A DNA stretch of 64,000 bases from IMG/VR virus record IMGVR_UViG_3300031555_004271, positions 1 to 64,000 of that record. One strand, written 5' to 3'. Source of the stretch: a virus. Its lineage: Duplodnaviria > Caudoviricetes. Shown here piece after piece: positions 28,683-37,496 of the stretch. Below the pieces are notes generated by a model that did not search any database, was not told the origin of the DNA, and saw only the letters and a program-made list of their open reading frames with translations. The position numbers were made by a program, and so were the translations under genes. Within the stretch, counting starts at the first letter, position 1, and every line of letters begins with the position of its first letter.

Positions 28683-30179
28683 TTATATCAGTTTTATAAA
28701 GCTTAGAATTTCATCAGCAAGATCGTCCACTCTACAGATAATTTCTTCTGGTTCATACTCTTCAGTCGGATTGTACTCTTCAAAGGGGATTAGATAATTG
28801 TACTTACTAACAGAAATATTACCAACTAGTTTGATTATCAGTTTAGACTGAATAATGTTTTGACTAATGTAACTGTACTTATTACGAATTAGATCTTTAT
28901 AAGTTCTAGATTCAGTAATTCTTTCAAATAGTTTAGAATTCTTAGTTGTCATACGTTTTTCATTGAGTCTATCTGGGAGCGCTATGATATACTCAGCTAA
29001 ACAACTATAATCGTTCATCTTTAACCATTTGTAAAGTAGAATTACTAGATAGATATACTCATCACGATTACAATTATACAGATTACTATAAGAACCCATA
29101 TATTTTGCAAAGAATAGAAATAACAAGTTAGTCTGAAACTTATTAATGTGAATATGTTTTTTGTAATACTCAAATTCATCCTGAGAAATTCTAATTTTAA
29201 ACTCATTCTGAATATTTTCAATCTGATACTGAATGGAAAGCTGATTAATAATGATTTTACTCTCGTCTCGCTTACTCATATTAGCTTCCCATTTATCAAA
29301 CATTGTTAATCCTTCACGATCAACTTGATTCAGATTAACAGGTTTAAACGTAATCTTGTAGTTCTTAGAGAATTCAAATGTAATCTTACGTTTAATAACG
29401 ACATGGAATAGATTAATGATATTTCTATCACTAATAGTTTTAGGTAGAATACCAATTACTATGTCCTTCAAAAACTCCATAGTAATGACATTTACATCTT
29501 TGGATTTATTAGTTAGTAGATTCCAGATAGTCTTATCACTATATTGTGTGGATACAACACGAGAATAAACAAATCTGTGAATCTTGTTCATCATTTCAAT
29601 TTTTCCTTGATAAAGCTTTATAATAGCTTCAAAAACATCATATAAAGTATCATTTACCTCGTGTTTTCTTCTCTCGCAAAATTCAGTAATTAAAGGAATA
29701 GATAGTCGAATACTTTCTGCTGCTTTTAATAGGATTTTTACATGTTCATCTGTGAACTGTAATTCTTGGTTGATCTTCTTAGTCTTTTTAGTTTCCTCTG
29801 TCTGTTCATCAAGCTCTTCTACATAATTACCGTTTATATACTCACTAACAAAATTTTTCACTGTTTTGTTATTAATAACAGTAACTATATCATTGATCAT
29901 TTCTTCTTTAGTATATTCATTTTCTAGATTCTTTACTTTATATGCAATTTGTAGGTAAGGAAGTATAATTTTTTCATTACAAGTATTAAAAACTCGTTTT
30001 ATAGAATCTGTTATAAGATTATTGATGGTATAGTATGAACGTTTCTTTAATGAGAAATCATTCATGTGGGATATTCCATCTTCATTGAAAATCTTATCGA
30101 ATTCTATGATAACGAATTTTCCATCTTCATTTTCATGTATAAAATCATCATAGATAATCTTCGCATTTCCTATTTCCAA
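28683..30179 (-). CDS. Promoter-specificity (sigma-like) subunit of the non-virion RNAP, AR9 gp226 / phiKZ gp68-like
   Basis: Motifs recalled from AR9 gp226 in the same order: FDKIF..DGISHMNDFS..KRSYY, KKINQELQFTD, YSRV..T.YSD..IW, C-terminal D.LADEIL..I.LI. Confidence 0.75.
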   Translation of the reverse strand: MEIGNAKIIYDDFIHENEDGKFVIIEFDKIFNEDGISHMNDFSLKKRSYYTINNLITDSIKRVFNTCNEKIILPYLQIAYKVKNLENEYTKEEMINDIVTVINNKTVKNFVSEYINGNYVEELDEQTEETKKTKKINQELQFTDEHVKILLKAAESIRLSIPLITEFCERRKHEVNDTLYDVFEAIIKLYQGKIEMMNKIHRFVYSRVVSTQYSDKTIWNLLTNKSKDVNVITMEFLKDIVIGILPKTISDRNIINLFHVVIKRKITFEFSKNYKITFKPVNLNQVDREGLTMFDKWEANMSKRDESKIIINQLSIQYQIENIQNEFKIRISQDEFEYYKKHIHINKFQTNLLFLFFAKYMGSYSNLYNCNRDEYIYLVILLYKWLKMNDYSCLAEYIIALPDRLNEKRMTTKNSKLFERITESRTYKDLIRNKYSYISQNIIQSKLIIKLVGNISVSKYNYLIPFEEYNPTEEYEPEEIICRVDDLADEILSFIKLI

Positions 30180-30277
30180 TTTAGTCCACCTATCCTTCCA
30201 TTACTATTTACACTTTTGGTAAAAAATAAGTCTTGTTGACCTATTGATAATATATTTTTATAGAAAAGTTTAACGTT

Positions 30278-30532
30278 TTAAAATTTCTTATCTACGTCAT
30301 TGAAAAACAAATCTTCAATAGGAAATACGAAGAACTTACCATCATCCCAATCAAAACCAAGTCCAGCAAAAGGAAGACAAATAGTGCATGGACTAGGACC
30401 TATATATGCTTTACCAGATAAAGGTTTAGATCTTATAGCAATAGGAATATCTTTATTATCATCATTTACTATTTCATTTAGAACGTCTTTTAGTTGTCCT
30501 ATAGTTAAATACTTTTTTTCTTGATTTTTCAT
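30278..30532 (-). CDS. Hypothetical early protein, 84 aa
   Basis: ggagg RBS, early motif upstream. Confidence 0.75.
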   Translation of the reverse strand: MKNQEKKYLTIGQLKDVLNEIVNDDNKDIPIAIRSKPLSGKAYIGPSPCTICLPFAGLGFDWDDGKFFVFPIEDLFFNDVDKKF

Positions 30533-30566
30533 TTTTTAAATACCTCCATTTTTTATATTGCTATTT

Positions 30567-30581
30567 TTAAGATATATAGTC
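30567..30581 (-). promoter_or_regulatory. Putative early promoter
   Basis: minus gactatatatcttaa. Confidence 0.5.
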
Positions 30582-30607
30582 ATAACTAATTTTAAACTAT
30601 GACTTAA

Positions 30608-30619
30608 AACAATTTTATA
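30608..30619 (+). promoter_or_regulatory. Putative late promoter AACA-N6-TA
   Basis: aaca-atttta-ta. Confidence 0.6.
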
Positions 30620-30690
30620 ATAGAGTATAATGAAAAATGTATTTTTTTTTATACTAAAGATTCTATAATGAAGAAAGGAATGTAATAAAT

Positions 30691-31743
30691 ATGGATAATG
30701 TTAAATTTTGTCAAGCTGTTCCTTCTTTAGAAGTTGTTTTAAAGTTTTTTTATGATGACGAGACTATTAAAGAAGTAGTTATTGAAGAAGGTAAATTATT
30801 AAAAAATGTATCTTATCTAGATATGGATAGTGGTGAAATAAAAACTGTTAACGGTTTATTGAAAGCTATTAACTTTACTTCTAGAGCATTTACATCTGGT
30901 AGAGATTATTGTATTCATGATGATGAATCAGTATTTGATAAATATGTAAGAATTAATTCTTTAATTCTAGACTGTTCTGATAAATATGAATGTAATGTAA
31001 TTTCTATTCCAGTTAGAATGTTAAAAGATGTTGGAGGCATGGAAAATGCTCCTGTTATTGCTATTAATGGTGTAAGATATGCAAATATGGCTACAGCTAT
31101 TGCTAATGCTGAAACTGGTAGTACTGTTACATTAGTAGAAGATACTGCTGATGATGGTATTAAAATTGAAGAGGGTAAAGAGATTGTAATTGACTTAAAT
31201 GGTCATACTTATTCATTACTAGGTGGTGTTGGTAGTCCTGGTACTACTGCTAATGGTCTACAACTACTAGAAGGTAGTAACGTAACTATTAAGAATGGTA
31301 CTCTAACAGTTCCTTATACTCATAAGGATAAATTTGGTACTGGCATCCAAAACTATGCTAACCTAACATTAGAAAATGTAATTCTTGATGGTAAACATCT
31401 AGATAGACATGCTTTTAACAGTGGTGTATCTTATGCACTATCCAATAACTGTGGTACTATTAACATTATCGGTAACACTAGTATTATCGCTAATGACGAT
31501 GGTGATAAGGCATTTGCATTTGATGTTTGCAAGTTTAGGGATTATGAACCTCCTATCGTAAATGTTAATACAACTGGTACTATTCGTGGTAACATTGAAG
31601 TCTCTGAAGGTTTAGATGCTAACTTAAGAATTACTGGTGGTACATTTACTATGGATGTATCTAAATGGGTACCTGAAGGCTTTGCTGTTACTGCAAATGA
31701 AGATGGTACTTATACTGTTAAGGCAGAAGAAGTTACTGAATAA
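30691..31743 (+). CDS. Probable virion protein with a pectin-lyase-like beta-helix domain
   Basis: INGVRYANMATAIANA..GSTVTLVED, IVIDLNGHT, VTIKNGTL, LTLENVILDG repeats. Confidence 0.6.
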   Translation: MDNVKFCQAVPSLEVVLKFFYDDETIKEVVIEEGKLLKNVSYLDMDSGEIKTVNGLLKAINFTSRAFTSGRDYCIHDDESVFDKYVRINSLILDCSDKYECNVISIPVRMLKDVGGMENAPVIAINGVRYANMATAIANAETGSTVTLVEDTADDGIKIEEGKEIVIDLNGHTYSLLGGVGSPGTTANGLQLLEGSNVTIKNGTLTVPYTHKDKFGTGIQNYANLTLENVILDGKHLDRHAFNSGVSYALSNNCGTINIIGNTSIIANDDGDKAFAFDVCKFRDYEPPIVNVNTTGTIRGNIEVSEGLDANLRITGGTFTMDVSKWVPEGFAVTANEDGTYTVKAEEVTE

Positions 31744-31750
31744 AAATTTA

Positions 31751-31786
31751 AAAGTAAGTATAGGCTTAATTGCCTATACTTACTTT
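31751..31786. terminator. Bidirectional terminator
   Basis: aaagtaagtataggc-ttaatt-gcctatacttacttt. Confidence 0.85.
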
Positions 31787-32598
31787 CTTTTACTAAATAC
31801 GGATTTAAATCCAGATGCTTTCTTTTTATTAATTGTTTTACTAGTACTAGGTTTCTTAGCAGCTGCTTTTTGTACAGCTTGATTATATTGTGTATTAGAA
31901 TTTCTAGCTTTAGCTTCTCTTTCTTTTCTCTTTAGATCAGCATACTTTTTCTTAACAGCTTCATATTGCAAGTACTTAGATTCTTGAGACATTATAGAGT
32001 TAAGTAATTCTAATCTAGTAGTTTTTGTAATTTCAGTTGAATTTCTTTCAATTTCTGATTTTGTATATAATTTCTTTTCATTAATGTATTTACAAGCATA
32101 ATAGCATGATTTTTCAAAACCAAATATCTCTACTGGATTAGTTACTTTAGGACGATTCTTTAAAGCTTCTTTAGAGTATTTTGTAGATTTCAACATATCT
32201 ACTAAAAGATGTTCTTGATTTAATACATATGTGTAAGTAAACATCATATGAGGAGAATTACTAAAGAAATTCATGGAGTAATCATTAATAGTAGAGAACT
32301 TTTCTTGTGTTTTATCTGTTGGAACAAACTCTAAAACCACATCATAATAGATTTCTTTATAGGTTTCTGATGGGATCTTAAACCAAAAGAAGTATACATT
32401 TTTATCTATATAGACTTTATAACTAAAAGTACCATTTTTAGTAGAATTTTTAAGCAAACTATAGTATTTCGCATTAAGGTTCTTTTTGATTTCCTCACGT
32501 TTACCCATCATAGAACTACCTTTACCCGTTGGATTGGTAAGAAATTGATCAAGTGTTATAATAGTTCTTCCATTGAATATAGGAAAATTTAGTGGCAT
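31780..32598 (-). CDS. Hypothetical late protein with a basic C-tail, 272 aa
   Basis: ORF with a late promoter at 32621-32632; Lys-rich tail. Confidence 0.75.
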   Translation of the reverse strand: MPLNFPIFNGRTIITLDQFLTNPTGKGSSMMGKREEIKKNLNAKYYSLLKNSTKNGTFSYKVYIDKNVYFFWFKIPSETYKEIYYDVVLEFVPTDKTQEKFSTINDYSMNFFSNSPHMMFTYTYVLNQEHLLVDMLKSTKYSKEALKNRPKVTNPVEIFGFEKSCYYACKYINEKKLYTKSEIERNSTEITKTTRLELLNSIMSQESKYLQYEAVKKKYADLKRKEREAKARNSNTQYNQAVQKAAAKKPSTSKTINKKKASGFKSVFSKRK

Positions 32599-32620
32599 TT
32601 ACAATCACCTACTTTCTTTA

Positions 32621-32632
32621 TAATAAAGTGTT
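32621..32632 (-). promoter_or_regulatory. Putative late promoter AACA-N6-TA
   Basis: minus aaca-ctttat-ta. Confidence 0.55.
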
Positions 32633-32657
32633 TAAAGTATGATTAAAAAGTCAAAAA

Positions 32658-32686
32658 AAAAGTGAACTATGAGTTAGTTCACTTTT
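32658..32686 (-). terminator. Intrinsic terminator
   Basis: aaaagtgaact...agttcactttt. Confidence 0.7.
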
Positions 32687-33080
32687 AAGTTAGATAGTAT
32701 TCTAGAAAATCATACACAAATAAATCATCTTCTATATCATAATTTGGTTCTATATTATTAGTCTTTGCTTCTGCCCAAATAATCTGATTCTTAAAATCCT
32801 TAAGAAATTCTGAAATAAAATCTTTTCCATGTTCTTCAATATAGACATTCATAGTAATAAAGGGTGATGTTATTACTCTTATAAATTCTATCCAGAAATT
32901 AGAATTGTTATACCATTCTTCTCCATAATCTCTAATACACCAAGTATTTGCCGCAAAGTATTTTGTATCAGAACATTCTTTTATGTAATATATATTGGGT
33001 TTTGGATATTTAAAAATTTTTTCATAGTTTCTTAATTTACAATTGAAGATCTGTTTTTTAGTTGGTTTAGGAAAATCCAT
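32685..33080 (-). CDS. Hypothetical protein, paralog of the next gene
   Basis: FP..TKKQIFN.K..NY, YGEEWY.N..FWIEF. Confidence 0.8.
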   Translation of the reverse strand: MDFPKPTKKQIFNCKLRNYEKIFKYPKPNIYYIKECSDTKYFAANTWCIRDYGEEWYNNSNFWIEFIRVITSPFITMNVYIEEHGKDFISEFLKDFKNQIIWAEAKTNNIEPNYDIEDDLFVYDFLEYYLT

Positions 33081-33491
33081 TTAAATCCTCCTAGGTTTTA
33101 TAATCTTTTCTTCATTAAAGAATCTTTCTAAAAACTCAGTGTCATCTTCTTCAAGATATTTTCTATTGATAAGTGGTAATTCTAACTGACATTGAGTGCT
33201 AAAAGCTTCTCCATAAAGTATCTGTTTCTTAAAGTCTATAAAAAATTCCATAACCAGTTTTTTACTACCATTGTTTATAAAAAGTTGTAAGTAACCATAC
33301 ACCTCATATATACGATCTACAAAATCAATCCAAAATGCTGGATTAAGATACCATTCATCTCCATATTCAACGATATTCCAATATAGAATCTTTTCATTAT
33401 CACCATACCCTTGTATACATTTGAAAATTTGATTGTAGTTCTTTACTTTTATATTGAATATCTGATTTTTAGTAATTATAGGAAACTTCAT
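33081..33491 (-). CDS. Hypothetical protein, paralog of the previous gene
   Basis: MKFPIITKNQIFN.KVKNY, YGDEWYLN..FWIDF; start moved to the internal Met. Confidence 0.8.
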   Translation of the reverse strand: MKFPIITKNQIFNIKVKNYNQIFKCIQGYGDNEKILYWNIVEYGDEWYLNPAFWIDFVDRIYEVYGYLQLFINNGSKKLVMEFFIDFKKQILYGEAFSTQCQLELPLINRKYLEEDDTEFLERFFNEEKIIKPRRI

Positions 33492-33524
33492 TATATACAT
33501 TCCTTTCATAATAGTATTCTACAT

Positions 33525-33540
33525 TTAGTATATATAGATA
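33525..33540 (-). promoter_or_regulatory. Putative early promoter
   Basis: minus tatctatatatactaa. Confidence 0.6.
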
Positions 33541-33560
33541 AAATAATGATAAAAATCTAA

Positions 33561-33598
33561 AAAAAAGAAAGTCTTAAACATAGTAAGGCTTTCTTTTT
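33561..33598 (-). terminator. Intrinsic terminator
   Basis: aaaagaaagtctt...aaggctttctttt. Confidence 0.7.
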
Positions 33599-33604
33599 AT
33601 ATCT

Positions 33605-33814
33605 TTATTCCTCCTTATTTTCCTCTTCTTTTCTGAACGTTACTTCATGTTCATAGAAAACCAAGTTAGAACCATGGGAATCTCTAACCTCAACAAGCTT
33701 TCTACCAGCACAATTTCTAGAGTATCTAATGACAACACCATCATGCCACCACAAACCACACTCGGTATAAGATACTAAGTCACCTACTTTGAACTTATTT
33801 TCTCTTTCAAGCAT
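33605..33814 (-). CDS. Small KOW/SH3-like protein, paralog of 34236..34430
   Basis: ENKFKVGDLVSY...DGVV..NC.G..LV. Confidence 0.7.
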   Translation of the reverse strand: MLERENKFKVGDLVSYTECGLWWHDGVVIRYSRNCAGRKLVEVRDSHGSNLVFYEHEVTFRKEEENKEE

Positions 33815-33841
33815 ATTTGTTACACATTCCTTTATAAAATT

Positions 33842-34204
33842 TTATGAAGCAATATAGTCTTTATACTTAACCATATCCTGCTTAAAACGAATCCAGTCAC
33901 CAATAGAAGGTGTAGGAAGTCTATACTCCTTATTAGAATAGTAAGAAGTAGTCAAAAAGATACCGAATTCCAAATTACGATGTTCGATTACCTTTCTGTA
34001 ATTTTGGTTTTTACCAGATTTAGTATGTAGAAATGTATATCTACCAAACTCATTAACACTTCTAGTGTTTACTTTGACGATATCATTTCCGCATTTAATT
34101 TCTACTAATCCGTCAGGATTCTCTTGGTAATTAATACCCCAAAGATCATTTGCATAGTTTAACAGATTTACATAATCAGGGGAAGAAGCAGGTTGGATAT
34201 TCAT
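33842..34204 (-). CDS. Hypothetical protein, 120 aa
   Basis: gaaagg RBS. Confidence 0.75.
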   Translation of the reverse strand: MNIQPASSPDYVNLLNYANDLWGINYQENPDGLVEIKCGNDIVKVNTRSVNEFGRYTFLHTKSGKNQNYRKVIEHRNLEFGIFLTTSYYSNKEYRLPTPSIGDWIRFKQDMVKYKDYIAS

Positions 34205-34235
34205 ATAAAACCTTTCCTTTCTATCTAATACATTA

Positions 34236-34430
34236 TTATTTTCTTAACATAATTTCACTTTCATATAAAACCAAAATAGAACCATTAGAAGTTCTAATAC
34301 GGACTAAGTTCTTTCCAGAACAGTTTTTCAAGTTCCAGACAACTACACCATCATTTTTCCAAACACCACGATTGTAATAGATGACTAAATCACCTATCTT
34401 GAACTTATTTTCTTCTTTTGTTATATCCAT
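34236..34430 (-). CDS. Small KOW/SH3-like protein, paralog of 33605..33814
   Basis: ENKFKIGDLVIY...DGVV..NCSG..LV. Confidence 0.7.
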   Translation of the reverse strand: MDITKEENKFKIGDLVIYYNRGVWKNDGVVVWNLKNCSGKNLVRIRTSNGSILVLYESEIMLRK

Positions 34431-34432
34431 TT

Positions 34433-34621
34433 TTATTCACCTTCTTTATTAAATTTTGCCTTATTTTGTTCTATAAGTGCTTCAAGACTCATAGTTTCAA
34501 TAAGACGGATATTAATAGATTCTATATTTTTCTTTTTATTAGTTTTATTGTTTACTTTTTCATTAACCTCTTTCTTAGCTCCTTCAATATCTCGTTTTCC
34601 AAATTCATTAAACATACTCAT
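34433..34621 (-). CDS. Hypothetical protein, 62 aa
   Basis: gaggag RBS after an early promoter. Confidence 0.7.
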   Translation of the reverse strand: MSMFNEFGKRDIEGAKKEVNEKVNNKTNKKKNIESINIRLIETMSLEALIEQNKAKFNKEGE

Positions 34622-34651
34622 AATCTCCTCTTTATTATATTTATTTCTATA

Positions 34652-34685
34652 TTAATGATATATATCTATAAAGTCTTAAAATGCG
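34652..34685 (-). promoter_or_regulatory. Putative early promoter with an upstream CGCATT box
   Basis: minus cgcatt-N15-tatatatcattaa, same spacing as at 47703-47736. Confidence 0.6.
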
Positions 34686-34688
34686 AAA

Positions 34689-34728
34689 TTTTAGAGTATA
34701 ATCCTTTAATTGGATTATACTCTAAAAA
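34689..34728 (-). terminator. groEL terminator
   Basis: tttagagtataatcc-tttaatt-ggattatactctaaa. Confidence 0.8.
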
Positions 34729-34734
34729 TACTTT

Positions 34735-36474
34735 TTATCTACTCATAGGATTTGTAGTAATAAACTGATTACTAGTAGCTAATAGACCAATGATAGAGAA
34801 GCTAGCTTTAATGATCTCGATGTCAGTCTGAGCGGAGTTAATTACATTAGTTTCATTATCTTTCTCATATCTACGTAACTTTACATTATAGACCTTATCT
34901 TCATTCAAACAAGTATCCATAATCTTTTCAGCTTTATCATTGGAAATATGAGCATTATCTAATACAGTTAAGAAAGATTTCTCAAATGCATATAGAATCT
35001 TTTCAATGACGAAAGTAATAGCACTCATGAAACTATCTCTATCATCATAAATGTTACTTAGATAATTTAAACGATCATCATTTACAGTATCTTCAATGAT
35101 AACATCTTCATACTTCATAATTAGTTTAGGTAGAATCATGTTACCACCGACTACATAACCATACTCAATTGAAGAACGACATGCATATACAGCGTCTTCC
35201 ATTAGGAACTTTCTAGTAGTTCTTTCCATTTCAGAACCACCACCAACATAGAGAGTTGCCATAGAAGATGTTAAAGTAGCAATACGCTTCTTAATTTGGA
35301 ATAGATCCTTTTCACGATTATCATGAACTTCGTCCATATGGTATAGTCTTTGATATTCGTCTTCTAGATTTTTTATATGTTCCTGAAGTGCATTTGCATT
35401 AGAAGTATAACCATCACCGTCAATAAATGTAGTTCTTAGATCATCACCCTTGATTCTCTTACATCTACCTAGATCTTTAATAGAGAATTCTTTGATATCT
35501 TCCATACCATTATACTTATCATAGTAGTGACAACCTAATGCTAGAGCTAAATCCTCAAATCTTTCTCTACCATTTTTAGTAGAAGCATCAATGTCGATAG
35601 CGACTACTGGAAGGTGTTTATTTTTTTGTAAATTAGCATCAAAGAAAGACTTAACAGAACTAGTATAATTAGTAGCAATTAGTACTAAAGGAATATTCTG
35701 TCTGATACATACAGTATCCATAACACTAGCAATAAAATCGATTTCATCATCAGACATGATATCATTCATCATGAATACTAAAGCATTTTCATACTCTACT
35801 GAAATACGATCACTTTGGTTGGCCATTCTCGCATTAATCCAACCTCTAGGTACTTCAATACCTTGTACTTTCTCGAAATAGTCCTTACTAGACTTACCAT
35901 TTTCTAGATTAATGAAACCATAACGACCGATGGACTTGAAAATATCACAGAATAGTTTACCAGATTCTTGATTGTTATTGCAAGAAATAGTGGCAATTTT
36001 AGTAATAGTTTCATCAAAATTATCATCAGTAATTTGGGTTGCATTATCTAGAATCATAGTTTCAAACTTTTCAGATAATACAGTGAAAATCTCTAGAATA
36101 TCCTGTGGAGCTAACTCTAGTTCTTTTGAAATTTCATTAATAGAATTGAATAACTCATTAGCAATAATGACTGAAGAAGTACTACCATCACCAACAGTTC
36201 TAACTAGGGACTTAGAAATCTTCTTAACGATATCTAATACAGTACGAGAGATATCATAATTGTAGTTCATAGCCTTTAAGATAGTATAACCATCTTTAGT
36301 CATATAGTGGTCACCAAGTCTATCTTCAATGATAGTAGTAGAACCATATGGACCTAGAGATTTACTAACTTCTTGTGCTATTTTGTTTAAAGTAGACTTA
36401 ATCTTTTCTTTAGCTTCAGTTTCATCTATAATGTTAGAATTAAGAAATATGTTATCGATTGTTGTTTGAGCCAT
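34735..36474 (-). CDS. groEL: GroEL-like phage chaperonin, 579 aa
   Basis: SLGPYG, TKDGYTIL, VGDGSTSS, LYVGG, VVGG motifs. Confidence 0.95.
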   Translation of the reverse strand: MAQTTIDNIFLNSNIIDETEAKEKIKSTLNKIAQEVSKSLGPYGSTTIIEDRLGDHYMTKDGYTILKAMNYNYDISRTVLDIVKKISKSLVRTVGDGSTSSVIIANELFNSINEISKELELAPQDILEIFTVLSEKFETMILDNATQITDDNFDETITKIATISCNNNQESGKLFCDIFKSIGRYGFINLENGKSSKDYFEKVQGIEVPRGWINARMANQSDRISVEYENALVFMMNDIMSDDEIDFIASVMDTVCIRQNIPLVLIATNYTSSVKSFFDANLQKNKHLPVVAIDIDASTKNGRERFEDLALALGCHYYDKYNGMEDIKEFSIKDLGRCKRIKGDDLRTTFIDGDGYTSNANALQEHIKNLEDEYQRLYHMDEVHDNREKDLFQIKKRIATLTSSMATLYVGGGSEMERTTRKFLMEDAVYACRSSIEYGYVVGGNMILPKLIMKYEDVIIEDTVNDDRLNYLSNIYDDRDSFMSAITFVIEKILYAFEKSFLTVLDNAHISNDKAEKIMDTCLNEDKVYNVKLRRYEKDNETNVINSAQTDIEIIKASFSIIGLLATSNQFITTNPMSR

Positions 36475-36513
36475 ATCTAGACTCCTTTCTTTTCTTAATC
36501 TATATGAAAAAAT

Positions 36514-36554
36514 AAAAAAAGAAACTGCCTTGTTCCCAGCAAAGCAGTTTCTTT
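36514..36554 (-). terminator. Intrinsic terminator 40 nt upstream of groEL
   Basis: minus aaagaaactgctttg-ctgggaa-caaggcagtttcttt-U run. Confidence 0.8.
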
Positions 36555-36560
36555 ATAAAT

Positions 36561-36754
36561 AGAAAAGTATACTTAGAGAAGTCACTCAAGTATATTTTAA
36601 TTATAACCTTCTCCAGAACTATAACAAAATATCTTCTCTAAGTAGTACTTTCTTTGTAATAAGATAAGTGTTATTTGAAAATATACATCCGCCATCCCAC
36701 TGAAATCAAGATATATAATTCTCAAAAAACTTATATTCGTCTCTATCTTATTAC
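36561..36754 (-). ncRNA. Candidate structured RNA with two long hairpin domains
   Basis: Arms 36744-54/36656-66, 36710-26/36674-89 and 36633-53/36561-81; G.U pairs favour the minus strand; early motif at 36759-72. Confidence 0.55.
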
Positions 36755-36758
36755 ATCT

Positions 36759-36772
36759 TTAAAATATATAAC
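36759..36772 (-). promoter_or_regulatory. Putative early promoter
   Basis: minus gttatatattttaa. Confidence 0.45.
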
Positions 36773-36794
36773 TATAAATCATTATAATACGTTT

Positions 36795-37136
36795 TTAACG
36801 AATCATAATTTTTATACAGTTTTCATCTATAACCAATGTTTTAAAAATTTCATTACATTTTTTAGAATTATTAAAAAATTCAATCACATTTCTTATTTCA
36901 CCATCAGACACTTCTAAAACAATGTCTTTAAACTTATTACAATTATTGTTATAAATGGTATAACCTTTAAAACCTTCCAATACTTTATACTTAATAGATC
37001 TTTCATCTAATAATAAAAGTAATTCGATAAACTTAAAAGCTTCATTTAAAAAAAGGGTAGCTTCTAATAAGTTTTCAACCTTGTTATCATCTACCCATGT
37101 AGTAAGTACTTTAAATTTTTTCAATTTTGGATTCAT
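36795..37136 (-). CDS. Hypothetical protein, 113 aa
   Basis: aggtga RBS. Confidence 0.7.
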   Translation of the reverse strand: MNPKLKKFKVLTTWVDDNKVENLLEATLFLNEAFKFIELLLLLDERSIKYKVLEGFKGYTIYNNNCNKFKDIVLEVSDGEIRNVIEFFNNSKKCNEIFKTLVIDENCIKIMIR

Positions 37137-37227
37137 TATTTTGAATCACCTGACTTTCTGTAATTTTATCAATCATCAATAAATGGTATTTTCGCCTAAT
37201 TACAGAAATCAAAATGAATGAAATTTT

Positions 37228-37496
37228 TTAACGTTGATTGTAGATTTTATTCATATCACCATAAGCTTTATCCTGTTCGATCTTAGCCATGGCTTGTGCT
37301 TTTGCCTTTTCTTTTTCTTCTAAGAGTTTAGTTCGTGCTTCACATATTTCTTTTAAAAAAGCAATCTCACTATTAAGAACTTCGTCTAAAGAAATTTGTC
37401 CTGCAAACAGGTCTAAAACTGAGACAATGAAGTCACTATCAGCTGCTCTTGAAAGTTTATAACTTACGTTGCCGTGCTCGTCCTGTTTATTCGTGT
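37228..37496 (-). CDS. Start-less open frame: probable -1 frameshift extension of the upstream gene
   Basis: About 90 open codons (YTNKQDEHG...QISLDEVLNSEIAFLKEICEARTKLLEEKEK...) in the -1 frame after CCTTTTT at 37497-37503; no usable start codon. Confidence 0.6.

Noticed and set aside
36598-36696. 32-codon ORF MADVYFQ... inside the structured RNA upstream of groEL
   Set aside because: No properly spaced RBS, and the start lies in a stem; the structure explains the region better.
37150-37210. Inverted repeat ttctgtaatt...aattacagaa upstream of 37136
   Set aside because: A single AT-rich stem with a large loop and no U-tract; not enough to call a terminator or ncRNA.
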